NCBI GenBank assembly: GCA_030065015.1 | Contig: JASJDU010000021.1 | Coordinates: 12,797-76,796, forward strand | Source: Candidatus Caenarcanales bacterium | Lineage (GTDB): Bacteria; Cyanobacteriota; Vampirovibrionia; Caenarcaniphilales; Caenarcanaceae | Direction of reading: 5' to 3' | DNA length: 64,000 nt | In this document: piece after piece, positions 19,058 through 29,242 of the stretch | Layout: each line of letters begins with the position of its first letter | Position numbering within the stretch: position 1 is the stretch's first letter | Position numbers and translations under genes: made by a program | The notes under the pieces: model-generated | The model's input: only the letters and a program-made list of their open reading frames with translations | The model's database searches: none | Told to the model about the DNA's origin: nothing

Positions 19058-20968
19058 ATGAATTTTTCCAATTTGAAACCCTCAAGAAGCTTTTTAGTTA
19101 CATTCCATCATTGGTTTTTTCAAGAGCTTCACACACCATCAGGTCCACACGGTAAAGCAGAACATAAACATCCTTGGTGGCAGGTAATGTGTTTAACCGG
19201 TGTAGATTATTTCTCAACACTCGGCTACCAACCCGCAATTGCTTTTTTAGCAGCGGGTTTTTTGTCTCCAATTGCAACACTTGTTTTGGTTTTAGTTACA
19301 CTCTTTGCCGCATTTCCCATATACAGTAAAGTTGCAGAACAAAGTCCCGATGGACAGGGCAGTATTTTTATGCTTGAAAAGCTTTTCCCAAAATGGAAGG
19401 GGAAAGCTAGTGTTCTCTTCCTTCTGGGGTTCGCTGCAACAGATTTTATAATCACTATAACTTTGTCAGCGGCCGATGCAACGGCTCATATTATTGAAAA
19501 TCCTTTTGTTCCTGAATGGATGCATCATAAGGTCTTGATCACTTTGGCTTTAATAACGTTTTTAGGTGCTGTATTTATGAAAGGCTTCAAGGAAGCCATC
19601 TCCCTTGCGGTTGTAATTGTGGTTCTTTTCTTAGGGATTAATTCAATTGTTATTTTTATTGGACTTTCTGAAATTATTCAAAACCCATCATTGATTCTCA
19701 ATTGGAAAGAAGCACTGTTCAAAAGTCATTCTGAGAACCCCTTCTTAATGCTCGGTGTGGCCTTGGTTCTCTTTCCCAAGCTAGCCTTGGGACTATCCGG
19801 ATTTGAAACGGGTGTTGCCGTTATGCCTTTAGTTAAAGGAGAGCAAATCACCGACAGAATTAAAGATACGAAAAAGTTATTACTGTCTGCGGCTCTTATA
19901 ATGAGCGTGTTTTTGTTATCGAGTAGTTTTGTAACAACGTTACTTATACCTTCCTCCGAATTTGAGCCGGGTGGAGAAGCTAATGGAAGAGCTTTAGCTT
20001 ATTTGGCCCATTTGTATTTGGGTGATATGTTTGGAAGTATTTATGATATTAGTACTATCCTGATCCTCGGATTTGCTGGTGCTTCAGCTTTGGCGGGTTT
20101 ATTGAATTTAGTTCCAAGATATTTACCTCGATACGGAATGGCTCCTGAATGGTCCAAAGCCTCTCGTCCTTTGGTTGTTGTTTTTACAATAATTGCTTTT
20201 ATAGTTACTTTAATATTCAAAGCGGATGTTGATGCACAAGGAGGAGCTTATGCAACCGGCGTTTTGGTTTTAATGTGTTCTGGTTCAGTTGCAGTTCTCG
20301 TCTCAGTTTGGAATTCAGCTTCTAGATTTTTCTTTCTATTAGTGACTGGTGTTTTTATTTACACAACGGCCTTGAACATTATTGAAAGACCAGAAGGTAT
20401 GAAAATCGCTTTCTGCTTTATTGTCCTCACAATCACAATATCACTAGTGTCTCGTGCAATGAGATCTACAGAATTGAGAATCAAAGAAGTTATTTTGGAT
20501 GATACTGCCAAGCAGTTTCTGGCAGAGGATTACGATCAGATTATTCATATTGTTGCCCATCGACCGGGAGATGGTTCCGTGAAAGAATATAATTCAAAAG
20601 TAGACTGGGCAAGGGAATTGCATCATTTAGATGGGGAAGAGCAAATTATATTCATAGAAATTCAGATGAGTGATGCTTCTGACTTTGATGCACCTTTACA
20701 CGTTAGTGGAACTACAGTTGGGCCGCACAAAATTCTTAGAGCTTCAAGTCCAGCCATCCCGAATGCAATTGCGGCTTTGCTCCTGAATATTGAGCAAATA
20801 ACTGGTAAATTGCCCCACGCTTATTTTGGTTGGACTGAAGGTAACCCAATTGAGTATCTGTTTAGGTACATATTTTTTGGGGAGGGTGATGTTGCACCAA
20901 TGGCAAGAGAAGTACTAAGGCAAAAAATCCCCGATCCTAAAAAAAGACCTTATATTCACGTCAGCTAA
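19058..20968 (+). CDS. Polytopic membrane transporter (APC-superfamily-like permease) with cytoplasmic C-terminal domain
   Basis: About 12 predicted TM helices over aa 40-470, followed by a soluble domain of about 160 aa. The permease assignment rests on topology and general resemblance only. Confidence 0.55.
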   Translation: MNFSNLKPSRSFLVTFHHWFFQELHTPSGPHGKAEHKHPWWQVMCLTGVDYFSTLGYQPAIAFLAAGFLSPIATLVLVLVTLFAAFPIYSKVAEQSPDGQGSIFMLEKLFPKWKGKASVLFLLGFAATDFIITITLSAADATAHIIENPFVPEWMHHKVLITLALITFLGAVFMKGFKEAISLAVVIVVLFLGINSIVIFIGLSEIIQNPSLILNWKEALFKSHSENPFLMLGVALVLFPKLALGLSGFETGVAVMPLVKGEQITDRIKDTKKLLLSAALIMSVFLLSSSFVTTLLIPSSEFEPGGEANGRALAYLAHLYLGDMFGSIYDISTILILGFAGASALAGLLNLVPRYLPRYGMAPEWSKASRPLVVVFTIIAFIVTLIFKADVDAQGGAYATGVLVLMCSGSVAVLVSVWNSASRFFFLLVTGVFIYTTALNIIERPEGMKIAFCFIVLTITISLVSRAMRSTELRIKEVILDDTAKQFLAEDYDQIIHIVAHRPGDGSVKEYNSKVDWARELHHLDGEEQIIFIEIQMSDASDFDAPLHVSGTTVGPHKILRASSPAIPNAIAALLLNIEQITGKLPHAYFGWTEGNPIEYLFRYIFFGEGDVAPMAREVLRQKIPDPKKRPYIHVS

Positions 20969-21029
20969 TGTTAATACTCTTTGGACTTTATTGTGCTAAC
21001 CTAAATAACAAGCCGCAATTTTATACACA

Positions 21030-22112
21030 ATGTTTAAGTTTTTGACAAGAAGCCTACAAAAAAAGACTTTTAGTGTATTTACAGCACTTTTGTTTTGTTT
21101 AATTGCAAGCGCATCTTATAGTGCAAGGATTTCTTTTGGCAATTTCAAAAACTACAATATTCCAATTAATTTGTCTAAAGATGAAAAGCTCTCTGAGATA
21201 AAAAGTCAGTACGTTGCGTCAAACTTTGTTAAAGGTATTAACGAATTTAAAAATAAAGAATTCAAAAGAGCAATTCAAAGTTTTACACAATGTATAAAAC
21301 TAAAGCCAAATCACCATACTTCTTATATGAACAGAGGACTTGCAAAACTTCAACTTGGTAACTTTGATAGTGCATTAGAAGATTTCAATAAAGCGATTTC
21401 ACTGAATCCAAAATTCTCTCAGGCTTATAAAAATAGAGCTCTCTTAAAATTTAAGCATTTTAAAGATTTGGATGGAGCAATAGATGATTTTGATGCTCTA
21501 TTGAGATTAAAGCCAAACTATTCAATAGGGTATTTTGATAGAGCAACCGTAAAAATCCTCAACCGTGATTTTAGAGGAGCAATAGATGATTTAAACAAAG
21601 TTATAGACTTGAATCCAAAGTTCGACAAAATAGTCTACGTTTATTGGAATCAAAGCCAGGCTTACAAAAAACTAGGGAACCTATCCCAAGCAAAAAAATA
21701 TATTGATTTAGCAGTTGAATCCAACTCAAAGTTGGCTGGTGAGCTAATCTATCAACTGAGTAATAATCAAATTAAAAACAATAAGTTTGATGAAGCTGAG
21801 ACTAATCTCTCAATTTTAATTGAGCGAAATTTGAATGAAAAACTTGCTCCAAAAGCCTACTTTCAAAGAGGTAGTATTCGCTACTACGAGCAAAACTATA
21901 ATGAATCCGTTCTAGATCTGTCAAAAGCAATAGAATTAAAACCCAATTATGAAGAAGCCCTTGTTCTAAGGGGCTTGGTCTTTTTAAGAACTAACAATTA
22001 TAAAAGTGCTTTAAAAGACTTCGACAAAGCTTTGAGTCTCAAACCCAATAATAAAGAAATTAATAGATATCGTACCTTTGCCCTAGATAAGATATCTAGG
22101 CAAGAAAACTAA
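21030..22112 (+). CDS. TPR-repeat protein with signal peptide
   Basis: Signal-like N-terminus (FSVFTALLFCLIASASYSA) followed by repeated TPR units (AIxDFxKAIxLxPxxxxAYxNR). Confidence 0.85.
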   Translation: MFKFLTRSLQKKTFSVFTALLFCLIASASYSARISFGNFKNYNIPINLSKDEKLSEIKSQYVASNFVKGINEFKNKEFKRAIQSFTQCIKLKPNHHTSYMNRGLAKLQLGNFDSALEDFNKAISLNPKFSQAYKNRALLKFKHFKDLDGAIDDFDALLRLKPNYSIGYFDRATVKILNRDFRGAIDDLNKVIDLNPKFDKIVYVYWNQSQAYKKLGNLSQAKKYIDLAVESNSKLAGELIYQLSNNQIKNNKFDEAETNLSILIERNLNEKLAPKAYFQRGSIRYYEQNYNESVLDLSKAIELKPNYEEALVLRGLVFLRTNNYKSALKDFDKALSLKPNNKEINRYRTFALDKISRQEN

Positions 22113-24196
22113 TTGAAAATAGCTCCTGGAAAATATTTTGCATTTGTGTGAGTACCATACACTGGTGTTGTGACATAACTAACCGGTGGTCCCATAAGTG
22201 GGACATTACTTGAATAATTAGCCATATCTGGATTTCCCAAAGGTGCTGCTCCCATTTGATTGTAGGAAAAATCATAAGGTAGCTGATTATAGTTTTGTTG
22301 ATTAAAGGAATTATTATAAGCTTGTAACATAGGTGAAACTGCCGGAATCCCATATTGTGCTGGAGGATATTCTCCTATTGACTGAGGATAAAAATTGGGT
22401 TGCATTCCAATGCTTTGTCCCGGAGGATTCTGTTCAAAATTTTGTATTGGGTTTCCTGGAACGAAAGCGCCATATTGTAACTGAGGTTGCACCATCCCTT
22501 GGATAGGAATTTGCTGTGTATTTTGCAAAGCTTGTTGTTGATAATTGTCCAGTTGGGGAGATACTTGACCTGGCATTTGTTGTAAAGCTGGTGAATTGGC
22601 ATAATTGTTCGTCAACTCTGCCTGTTGAGGTTGCGTATTTTGGACTTGTTCCAAAATTGTAGGACCATTAATATTGGGAGATAAAAGAGCTGTATTGTAC
22701 GGTTGGTTTATTTGCTTTTCTTGAAAGTTAACCGCTTGATTGGAAATATTAATGGTTTGTTTTGAAGAAAGAACTTCTTGTAAAGAAACCCGTCCACTTT
22801 GCAAGGCAGTTAAAGTCTCTTGTGTAATTGGAACCGCTTTTATGGAAGGCTGGGGTTGTGAAACAACGGAATTGTTGTTCGGTGAAATCGGTTTATTAAC
22901 AAATTGACCTTGTTCATTCAAGTTAACAATTGGTCTGTTCTGTAAATCGGTAATGGAAAGTTGACCGGATTTAAGAGCTTGTAATTCTTCAGCTGTAACT
23001 TGAATGGCTTGTTTACCCCCGCTATTTAATTCTAGTGGAGCACTTGTACTATTGTTTAGAATACTGTTAGAAGGATTTTGTGGATTGTTTAGGCTGATAA
23101 TCTGTTTCCCTGCAGTTAACTTTTCCAGGCTAATTCTTCCATTCTGTAAATCATCAAGTTCTTCTTTAGTCAATTTGATGGCTTGATTTCTCTGGGAATT
23201 ATCTTTTTGTTTAAGTAAAACTTTATTCAATGGAATAGTTTGAACATTTGTAGAAACGGTATTAGTTTCTAACTTATTTGCTGGCTCGCTTCCGAAACCG
23301 TGAACTAACTCTGTTAAGCTAATTCTACCGGTCTTTAATGCTTCTAGGTCTTCTAAACTAATTTTTATTGCATTTTGACCAGTCGCAGCTTCTGAAGAAA
23401 TTGACTTCTTAGTACTTGTAAGAGGAATAACTCTTGCACCTTCTAAATCAATCCCAGGAATCTTCACTCCTTCGAGTGAAGTTCCTTTAATATCATAAGA
23501 ATTATTATTTGCTGCTTCTATTATTGTTGAGAGTTTTCGCTCTCTTCTTACAAGTGGGTCTCTGGAAGAAGTTTCAATGGAGCGATTTTTAAGAGGGTCA
23601 AGCTTTTGACTTTTGTCTTCTGAAAAGCGGAAATCATTGACTTCTTGTACTTGTATCCTTTGTATATTCTTCGTGATTTCTTTTTCTTCTGAATTGTTAT
23701 TTTCTTGAGTTGTAGTGTTTTGTAACTGAGTGTTCTTTATCTGTGAAATTAACTTCTCAGCCTGAGCATCAGACTCTTTAGAACAATTTGGAGTTGAGTT
23801 TAAGTAGCCTCTACATAAATAGTAAGTCTCACCGTTTAGTTCAGCCTTATAAGCCGAATACACTGTTGATTTTTCAACAGGATCAGTTGAAGCATTTATT
23901 ATTGGAAGCCTGCCCGGTCCAACTTTCTCTCCAGTTCTACAATAATTTAAAAACTTATCAACCGTTTTTCGATCATTTGGAATTAATGGACTTCCGATAT
24001 ATCCACCATCACAAATCACATAACCAAAGCTTTCTTCTGAAGAATATTCATAATCCGAGTGCCAGCGGTTTTGGGTATCTGAAATGAAAACACCAGGATA
24101 TTGTTTTGCTGCATAGCTAATTAGAATAGAAGAGTTTAGACTTAAGCTAACAAGAACAGCGGCAATAGATATCTTTTTTAAATTTAGACTTAGCAT
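22109..24196 (-). CDS. Secreted repeat protein with Q/N/P-rich C-terminal low-complexity domain
   Basis: Signal peptide (AAVLVSLSLNSSILISYA) and a Cys-containing N-domain. Four repeats of about 33 aa follow, with consensus xAIx(I/V)TxEELxALxxGR(I/V)SLxEL, then about 190 aa rich in Q/N/P/Y. Confidence 0.75.
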   Translation of the reverse strand: MLSLNLKKISIAAVLVSLSLNSSILISYAAKQYPGVFISDTQNRWHSDYEYSSEESFGYVICDGGYIGSPLIPNDRKTVDKFLNYCRTGEKVGPGRLPIINASTDPVEKSTVYSAYKAELNGETYYLCRGYLNSTPNCSKESDAQAEKLISQIKNTQLQNTTTQENNNSEEKEITKNIQRIQVQEVNDFRFSEDKSQKLDPLKNRSIETSSRDPLVRRERKLSTIIEAANNNSYDIKGTSLEGVKIPGIDLEGARVIPLTSTKKSISSEAATGQNAIKISLEDLEALKTGRISLTELVHGFGSEPANKLETNTVSTNVQTIPLNKVLLKQKDNSQRNQAIKLTKEELDDLQNGRISLEKLTAGKQIISLNNPQNPSNSILNNSTSAPLELNSGGKQAIQVTAEELQALKSGQLSITDLQNRPIVNLNEQGQFVNKPISPNNNSVVSQPQPSIKAVPITQETLTALQSGRVSLQEVLSSKQTINISNQAVNFQEKQINQPYNTALLSPNINGPTILEQVQNTQPQQAELTNNYANSPALQQMPGQVSPQLDNYQQQALQNTQQIPIQGMVQPQLQYGAFVPGNPIQNFEQNPPGQSIGMQPNFYPQSIGEYPPAQYGIPAVSPMLQAYNNSFNQQNYNQLPYDFSYNQMGAAPLGNPDMANYSSNVPLMGPPVSYVTTPVYGTHTNAKYFPGAIFN

Positions 24197-24389
24197 AAAT
24201 AATTAACTTTTTAGCTAACTCTATCTAACCCAGGCTATCCCGAAAACTTAGCGGGTCAACTGTTTAGGGTAGCAGCTTCAAATCCTTGAAAAACAAGTGA
24301 ATCTGCATTTTACTCAATCAGTCAATCTACAAATTTTCATACAGCTGGTGGACATCATATTATCTAAGCCCGTTCTTCTTTCAAGCTCT

Positions 24390-25046
24390 TTAAGGCATAA
24401 AAATAGCTCTTCCAAGTCTGATCATTGTTGTACCTGCTTCAATAGCTTCTCGATAGTCAGAAGACATCCCCATTGATAATTCATTCATGTTGAGATTCTT
24501 GAAAGACTTATTAGAGATTTCTGTCCGCAATGTTTTTAACTTACGAAAGAGTCTTAGATTAGTTTCTTGAGATAAACCAAAAGGTAATATTGTCATTAAA
24601 CCCTCAATATTTGAGTTTTGCAAGGAGTTGATAAAACTGAGAGAATTCAATAATGAACTAACTTCAAAACCATGTTTATTTGGATCCTCAGACAGTTTAA
24701 CCTGCATGAGTAGCTTGGGATGAACCTTTATTCCTGCTGAGATAGAATCAATTCGCTTCAATAATTCTAAGCTATGTACTGAATGTATCCAGTCAAAAGT
24801 ATTCAATGCCCTTTGTATTTTATTGGATTGTAAATGTCCAACAAAATGCCATTTTATATCTTCTAAGTCTTTTAGCTTTGCTTTTTTTCTTATAGCATCT
24901 TGAACTTTACTTTCAGCAAAATCTCTAACCCCACAAGCATAAACCTTTTGAATTTCCTCTTCATCAACATATTTACTAACCGCAATAAGCTTTGTATTCT
25001 TTGGAATTACATTCCTTATTTCATTTATTCGTTTTGAGTAATCCAT
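24390..25046 (-). CDS. yggS: YggS-family pyridoxal-phosphate homeostasis protein
   Basis: LIAVSKY (PLP lysine), FAESKVQD, WHFVGHLQSNK, LSMGMSSDY and IRLGRAIF are all canonical YggS/PROSC motifs. Confidence 0.92.
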   Translation of the reverse strand: MDYSKRINEIRNVIPKNTKLIAVSKYVDEEEIQKVYACGVRDFAESKVQDAIRKKAKLKDLEDIKWHFVGHLQSNKIQRALNTFDWIHSVHSLELLKRIDSISAGIKVHPKLLMQVKLSEDPNKHGFEVSSLLNSLSFINSLQNSNIEGLMTILPFGLSQETNLRLFRKLKTLRTEISNKSFKNLNMNELSMGMSSDYREAIEAGTTMIRLGRAIFMP

Positions 25047-25132
25047 CTTTAGCGATTGAGTTAAATTACTTATCTTTGAGAAGTTAATAAATAATAGAGT
25101 GCTTATAACCTGAGTATTGCTAATAACTTTAT

Positions 25133-25618
25133 TTACTTGCGACTCTGTTCGAAAAGTTTATCAATATTGAAGAACTCCCCTTCATTAATATTGTGTTTTT
25201 GTGAATAACCAGCGTTCACTTCTAATACATATTTAGCATTTCTTTTTGGCCAATATCTGTTTAATTCATTCAAAGGCTGAGCATTTTCGTGGATAGTTAT
25301 TACTTCACCATTCTTAGAAATGAAGAGAATATCCAGTGGGATATAAGTGTTCTTCATCCAAAAAGCAGTTTTTCCTTCGATTGGGAGAATGAATAGCATT
25401 CCACAATCACTGCATAAGCTTTTACGGTTCATTAAACCGATTTGAATTTCTTTTAGACTATCCGCTATTTCAAGTTTCTCGAATTGCAGGTCATTGAAAC
25501 TTTTGGCCTGAGTAAAATTGATTATTCCAAGAAATGAGATCGCAATGACCAAGGAAAATATAATCAAGAAAGACTTTAAATAAGATGAATCTGAGAATTG
25601 CAGTTTCTTAATTAACAT
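25133..25618 (-). CDS. DUF192-domain protein
   Basis: N-terminal TM/signal segment, then GLMNRKSL...GMLFI...FWMKNTYIPLDILFI...G.V..I and YVLEVNAGY, the typical DUF192 (COG1430) pattern. Confidence 0.85.
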   Translation of the reverse strand: MLIKKLQFSDSSYLKSFLIIFSLVIAISFLGIINFTQAKSFNDLQFEKLEIADSLKEIQIGLMNRKSLCSDCGMLFILPIEGKTAFWMKNTYIPLDILFISKNGEVITIHENAQPLNELNRYWPKRNAKYVLEVNAGYSQKHNINEGEFFNIDKLFEQSRK

Positions 25619-25634
25619 TTTCTTCTCAAGTAAA

Positions 25635-25913
25635 TTAACTTTTATCTTCGGACTCCTGAATAACTTTATCTTCGTTTTTATTTCTATTTTTCAGAAAAAC
25701 AACTAATCTTCTTAGCCCAACAACAAAGCCAAGAATAAAGCCGGCAATTAAACCAATTGCTACTGGGAATTTAAAGAAATCGCAAATCCAATATCCAGCA
25801 AATCCAAGAACCAGAGGCAGAATCAAGGGACTCATTGCGGATTCATAAGCAAGCATAAATTCTCTAAATTCACGACTTCTTCCTTTGGGACTTGTTTTTT
25901 TTCTCTCAAGCAT
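25635..25913 (-). CDS. Small two-TM membrane protein (AtpZ/AtpI-like)
   Basis: 92 aa with two hydrophobic helices (PLILPLVLGFAGYWICDFF; AIGLIAGFILGFVVGL). The resemblance to the AtpZ/AtpI family is weak. Confidence 0.4.
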   Translation of the reverse strand: MLERKKTSPKGRSREFREFMLAYESAMSPLILPLVLGFAGYWICDFFKFPVAIGLIAGFILGFVVGLRRLVVFLKNRNKNEDKVIQESEDKS

Positions 25914-25989
25914 ATGACCTATATTTTGCTAAGACTCTTACTAAAGGGTATACCAATTTTAAAAGGAGATCTTAGGAGAGACACTTAAA

Positions 25990-26694
25990 ATGGTTCAGGT
26001 TAAACAAAGCTCTGAGAGTATTCTTCTCTCAAACTATCTTGAACAAATCAAAAAAGATTTGTCAAGAAACATTAACTCAAAGTCTGAAAGCAGTGCTTTG
26101 AATAATGTAAGAAAGATTATCTCACAAATAAATAATCTTTTAGAGTCAATCCAAAAATCAAAGAGTGAATCTTCTGGGAATCAACCTTCAAAAAAACAAT
26201 CTCAAACCAAAACAAAAGGGAACGTGAAAGCTAAAACTACCAAAAAAACAGCAACAAAAAAGACAGTTGCTAAAAAGGCTGTAGCAAAAAAGACGGTTAC
26301 TAAGAAGACTGTTAAGAAGGCTACTCCTAAGAAATCTACAGCTAAAAAAACAGTTGTTAAAAAAACTGTAAAAAAAGCTGCTCCTAAAAAATCTGTTGCG
26401 AAAAAAACAGCAACAAAAAAGACAGTTACAAAAAAAACTACCGCTAAGAAGACAGTTGCTAAAGCTGCTGCGAAGAAAGTTGTTAAGAAAGTTGCTCCTA
26501 AAAAAATAGCAAGTAAGAAAAAAACTACCGCTAAAAAGGTAAGCAAAGTTGTTAAGAAAACAGCTTCATCAGTAGCAAAAAAGGTAACTAAAAAAGCTTC
26601 TAGCGTTAAAGGAAAAAAGAAGGCTATCTTGGGTAAAGCAATCAAAGCTAAAGCTGTTTCTAATCTTCAGAAAAAAGCCAAAGCTAAAAAATAA
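25990..26694 (+). CDS. Histone-H1-like lysine/alanine-rich nucleoid-associated protein
   Basis: A structured N-terminus of about 65 aa is followed by about 165 aa of KKT(V/A)(A/T)KK-type repeats. The tail is extremely basic, as in bacterial H1-like proteins (Hc1/AlgP type). Confidence 0.7.
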   Translation: MVQVKQSSESILLSNYLEQIKKDLSRNINSKSESSALNNVRKIISQINNLLESIQKSKSESSGNQPSKKQSQTKTKGNVKAKTTKKTATKKTVAKKAVAKKTVTKKTVKKATPKKSTAKKTVVKKTVKKAAPKKSVAKKTATKKTVTKKTTAKKTVAKAAAKKVVKKVAPKKIASKKKTTAKKVSKVVKKTASSVAKKVTKKASSVKGKKKAILGKAIKAKAVSNLQKKAKAKK

Positions 26695-26711
26695 TTAGCT
26701 TACTCCAACTT

Positions 26712-26758
26712 AAAAGACCTGAATCACAAAGCTTGATAGTGTGATTAAGGTCTTTTTT
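26712..26758. terminator. Bidirectional terminator between convergent genes
   Basis: Stem AAAAGACCTGAATCACA (26712-26728) / TGTGATTAAGGTCTTTT (26740-26756) with one mismatch, flanked by A/T runs. Confidence 0.7.
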
Positions 26759-26777
26759 ATTTCAGAGTCTTCTTTCT

Positions 26778-27128
26778 TTATTTATTTTCACGAAACATTT
26801 TTACAAAGTTCTCAAGTTGATTCATCATCTCTTGAACATCAGACTCGCTTTGTATAACGTTTTGTCTTTTAGTTTGGTGTTCTATCAAAGACAATTGGTA
26901 ATTGGCCAGGGCTTCTATAATTTTAAATTGTTGTCTAAGTAGCAATGGTGGATGCTTGCCTTGTTTGGCAAGATTATTATAATTGTCCCAGAACTCACTT
27001 AAAAGCTCAGTAGTGTTCTGGAATTCTTCCCCAATCCACTTTAAATCCACGCCATCCTGTTCTGGCATATTCATCGGCATTTTAAAAACGAAAGGCTGGG
27101 AAAAATCTCCAGAAAAGTTTTCCATCAC
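26778..27128 (-). CDS. Hypothetical protein
   Basis: ORF of 116 aa with no motif recognised. Confidence 0.45.
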   Translation of the reverse strand: MMENFSGDFSQPFVFKMPMNMPEQDGVDLKWIGEEFQNTTELLSEFWDNYNNLAKQGKHPPLLLRQQFKIIEALANYQLSLIEHQTKRQNVIQSESDVQEMMNQLENFVKMFRENK

Positions 27129-27260
27129 TAGTAGCTAAGATTTGACTTTATTAATTCTATTTCAATACTATCACCGTTAATATCATAACTAAGGTTAAAA
27201 TAAGCAGGTTTAGTATTTACTTTATTTTTCTGTTTTAAATCTATATTCGAAAGCGAATTA

Positions 27261-28418
27261 ATGAAATTCACATTACAAAAAGTATGTCCAAAAACCGGAG
27301 CAAGAGCTGGACTGCTGGAAACTGAGCATGGAGTTATAGAAACACCCGTTTTTATGCCGGTTGCAACTAAAGGATCGGTGAGAGGAATTCCCTGGGAAAC
27401 AATAAAGGAGCTCGGTGCTCAAATTGTTCTGGCCAATACTTATCATCTTCACATTAGACCTGGAGATAAATTAATTCAAAAAGCCGGTGGACTTCATAAG
27501 TGGAGCAACTGGTCCGGACCATTTCTTACTGATTCAGGGGGCTTTCAGGTCTTCAGCTTCGCCAGAAGAGGTAAGGCAAAAATCATGGATTCTGGAGTTA
27601 CTTTTAAAGATGATTTGGAAGGCAAAATGCATTTTATGGGCCCCAAAGAATCAATGGAAATTCAAAAGAACTTAGGCTCGGATATAGTAATGGCTTTCGA
27701 TCATTGTCCGCCAGCTGATGCTACTAGAGAAGGAATAGATTACTCGGTGAACTTAACCACTGAATGGACAAAACAGTGTATGGATTATGAACTACAAAGT
27801 CATCAATCTTTGTTTCCTATCGTTCAAGGTGGACGATTTGAGGATTTGCGTCATAAGAGTTTGAAAGAACTAGTGAAGCTCGATGCCCCTGGTTATGCCT
27901 TAGGGGGAGTGAGCGTTGGAGAAAGCCGAGAAGAGGTCGATAGAATTGTACAAACAATGGCAAATGAATTGCCCTCCAATAAGCCAAGATATCTGATGGG
28001 AGTGGGGACTCCTCGAGATCTTTTAATGAGTGTTACTTCCGGAATGGATATGTTTGATTGTATCCTTCCAACAAGACTTTCAAGACATGGAAGCTTTTTT
28101 AGAAAGAATCCCGAAGGATGGAAAACCGAGAGTGTAACTCAAAAGGAATTCACTGAGGATTTCAATAATCCAATTATGAAAAATTGTCAATGCCCAACTT
28201 GTTCTCAATTTAGTAGGGCTTATATTAAACATCTGTTCAAAAGATCCGAAATCACTGTTTATTACTATATTGCTGTTCACAATCTCTATACACTGATAAA
28301 TCTAACCAAGAATATGAGAAAAGCAATTCTAGAAGATCGATTTGTAGAGTTTATTAAATCAAATGGAATTTTAGGAGAATCAAGTACAGAAAAGGAATAT
28401 AATCTAGTTAATACGTAA
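27261..28418 (+). CDS. tgt: Queuine tRNA-ribosyltransferase
   Basis: ETPVFMPVATKGSV, LANTYHL, TDSGGFQVFS, LGGVSVGE, YLMGVGTP and DMFDCILPTR are present, along with the zinc site CxCxxC...H (CQCPTCSQFSRAYIKHL). Confidence 0.97.
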   Translation: MKFTLQKVCPKTGARAGLLETEHGVIETPVFMPVATKGSVRGIPWETIKELGAQIVLANTYHLHIRPGDKLIQKAGGLHKWSNWSGPFLTDSGGFQVFSFARRGKAKIMDSGVTFKDDLEGKMHFMGPKESMEIQKNLGSDIVMAFDHCPPADATREGIDYSVNLTTEWTKQCMDYELQSHQSLFPIVQGGRFEDLRHKSLKELVKLDAPGYALGGVSVGESREEVDRIVQTMANELPSNKPRYLMGVGTPRDLLMSVTSGMDMFDCILPTRLSRHGSFFRKNPEGWKTESVTQKEFTEDFNNPIMKNCQCPTCSQFSRAYIKHLFKRSEITVYYYIAVHNLYTLINLTKNMRKAILEDRFVEFIKSNGILGESSTEKEYNLVNT

Positions 28419-28429
28419 GTTCGGTCATT

Positions 28430-29125
28430 TTGCAAATTCTTAAAAAATTTTTTCTGATTCTTTTTATTTCCTTGTTATTGCCAAATAGTTCTCAAGCAAA
28501 TAACAGTGATTTTGAAAATGATTTAACCTTATGGCCGATTTTTGAATTCGAGTTTCCTTTATACAAGGATAAGCTAACTGGTAATTTCACAGTTCAACCA
28601 ATTATTACCAACAATATAAGCGAGCTTAATCCATTACAGTTGAGATCCATCGTGAACTATCACCCAAAAGACAACCTTGAATTTTCTCTAGCTTACGATT
28701 TTAATAAGGCATACTTGGGCAATTCTGACTTTGAAGAACAGAGAATCTTTGAGCAACTGACTTATACAAAATCGCTGAAAGATTTGGAATTTGAAAATAG
28801 ATTTCGGGTCGAACAGAGATTCATTAATGAAAATGATGCAGCTGTAAGACTTAGGTACAGGCTTAGAGTCTCCCATCCAATTAACTCTAAAAAAGATCTC
28901 CATGCAATTGTGAGAAATGAATTACATTTTTTTGCAAATTCTACCCCAGGTTTACCGGCGGGTTTTTATGAAAATCGTTTTTTTGTTGGTTTAGAAAAAG
29001 AATTCAACAAGTTTGTGAGTTGGGAGGGGGGATATCAACTGTCAGCAAGAGCTAGGCCTTCTCCTCGGAGGGACTTGCTGCGACACTCGATAATTACCCA
29101 ATTCTCATTTAAATTACCTTACTAA
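28430..29125 (+). CDS. Putative outer-membrane beta-barrel protein (DUF2490-like)
   Basis: Signal peptide (LLLPNSSQA), alternating beta-strand-like pattern, repeated R(F/L)R(V/Y) motifs (RFRVEQRF, RLRYRLRV) and an aromatic C-terminus (FSFKLPY). TTG start. Confidence 0.5.
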   Translation: MQILKKFFLILFISLLLPNSSQANNSDFENDLTLWPIFEFEFPLYKDKLTGNFTVQPIITNNISELNPLQLRSIVNYHPKDNLEFSLAYDFNKAYLGNSDFEEQRIFEQLTYTKSLKDLEFENRFRVEQRFINENDAAVRLRYRLRVSHPINSKKDLHAIVRNELHFFANSTPGLPAGFYENRFFVGLEKEFNKFVSWEGGYQLSARARPSPRRDLLRHSIITQFSFKLPY

Positions 29126-29242
29126 CTTTCTAAGAACTATAAACAGCCTATAAAGTGTTGAAGAACAGATTCATGCTTTTGAGTATTCTTCTAAGAATTG
29201 CTCATCTAACGAGCTATAGTTAATAAAGTTTGTATAGCTATA

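Noticed and set aside
26202-26645. 147-aa antisense ORF and CRISPR-like periodic repeats inside the K/A-rich gene
   Set aside because: The antisense product is an F/L/V-rich mirror of the lysine codons (AAA/AAG read as TTT/CTT). The repeats are degenerate and irregular in period, have no unique spacers, and are in frame with a convincing sense-strand protein.
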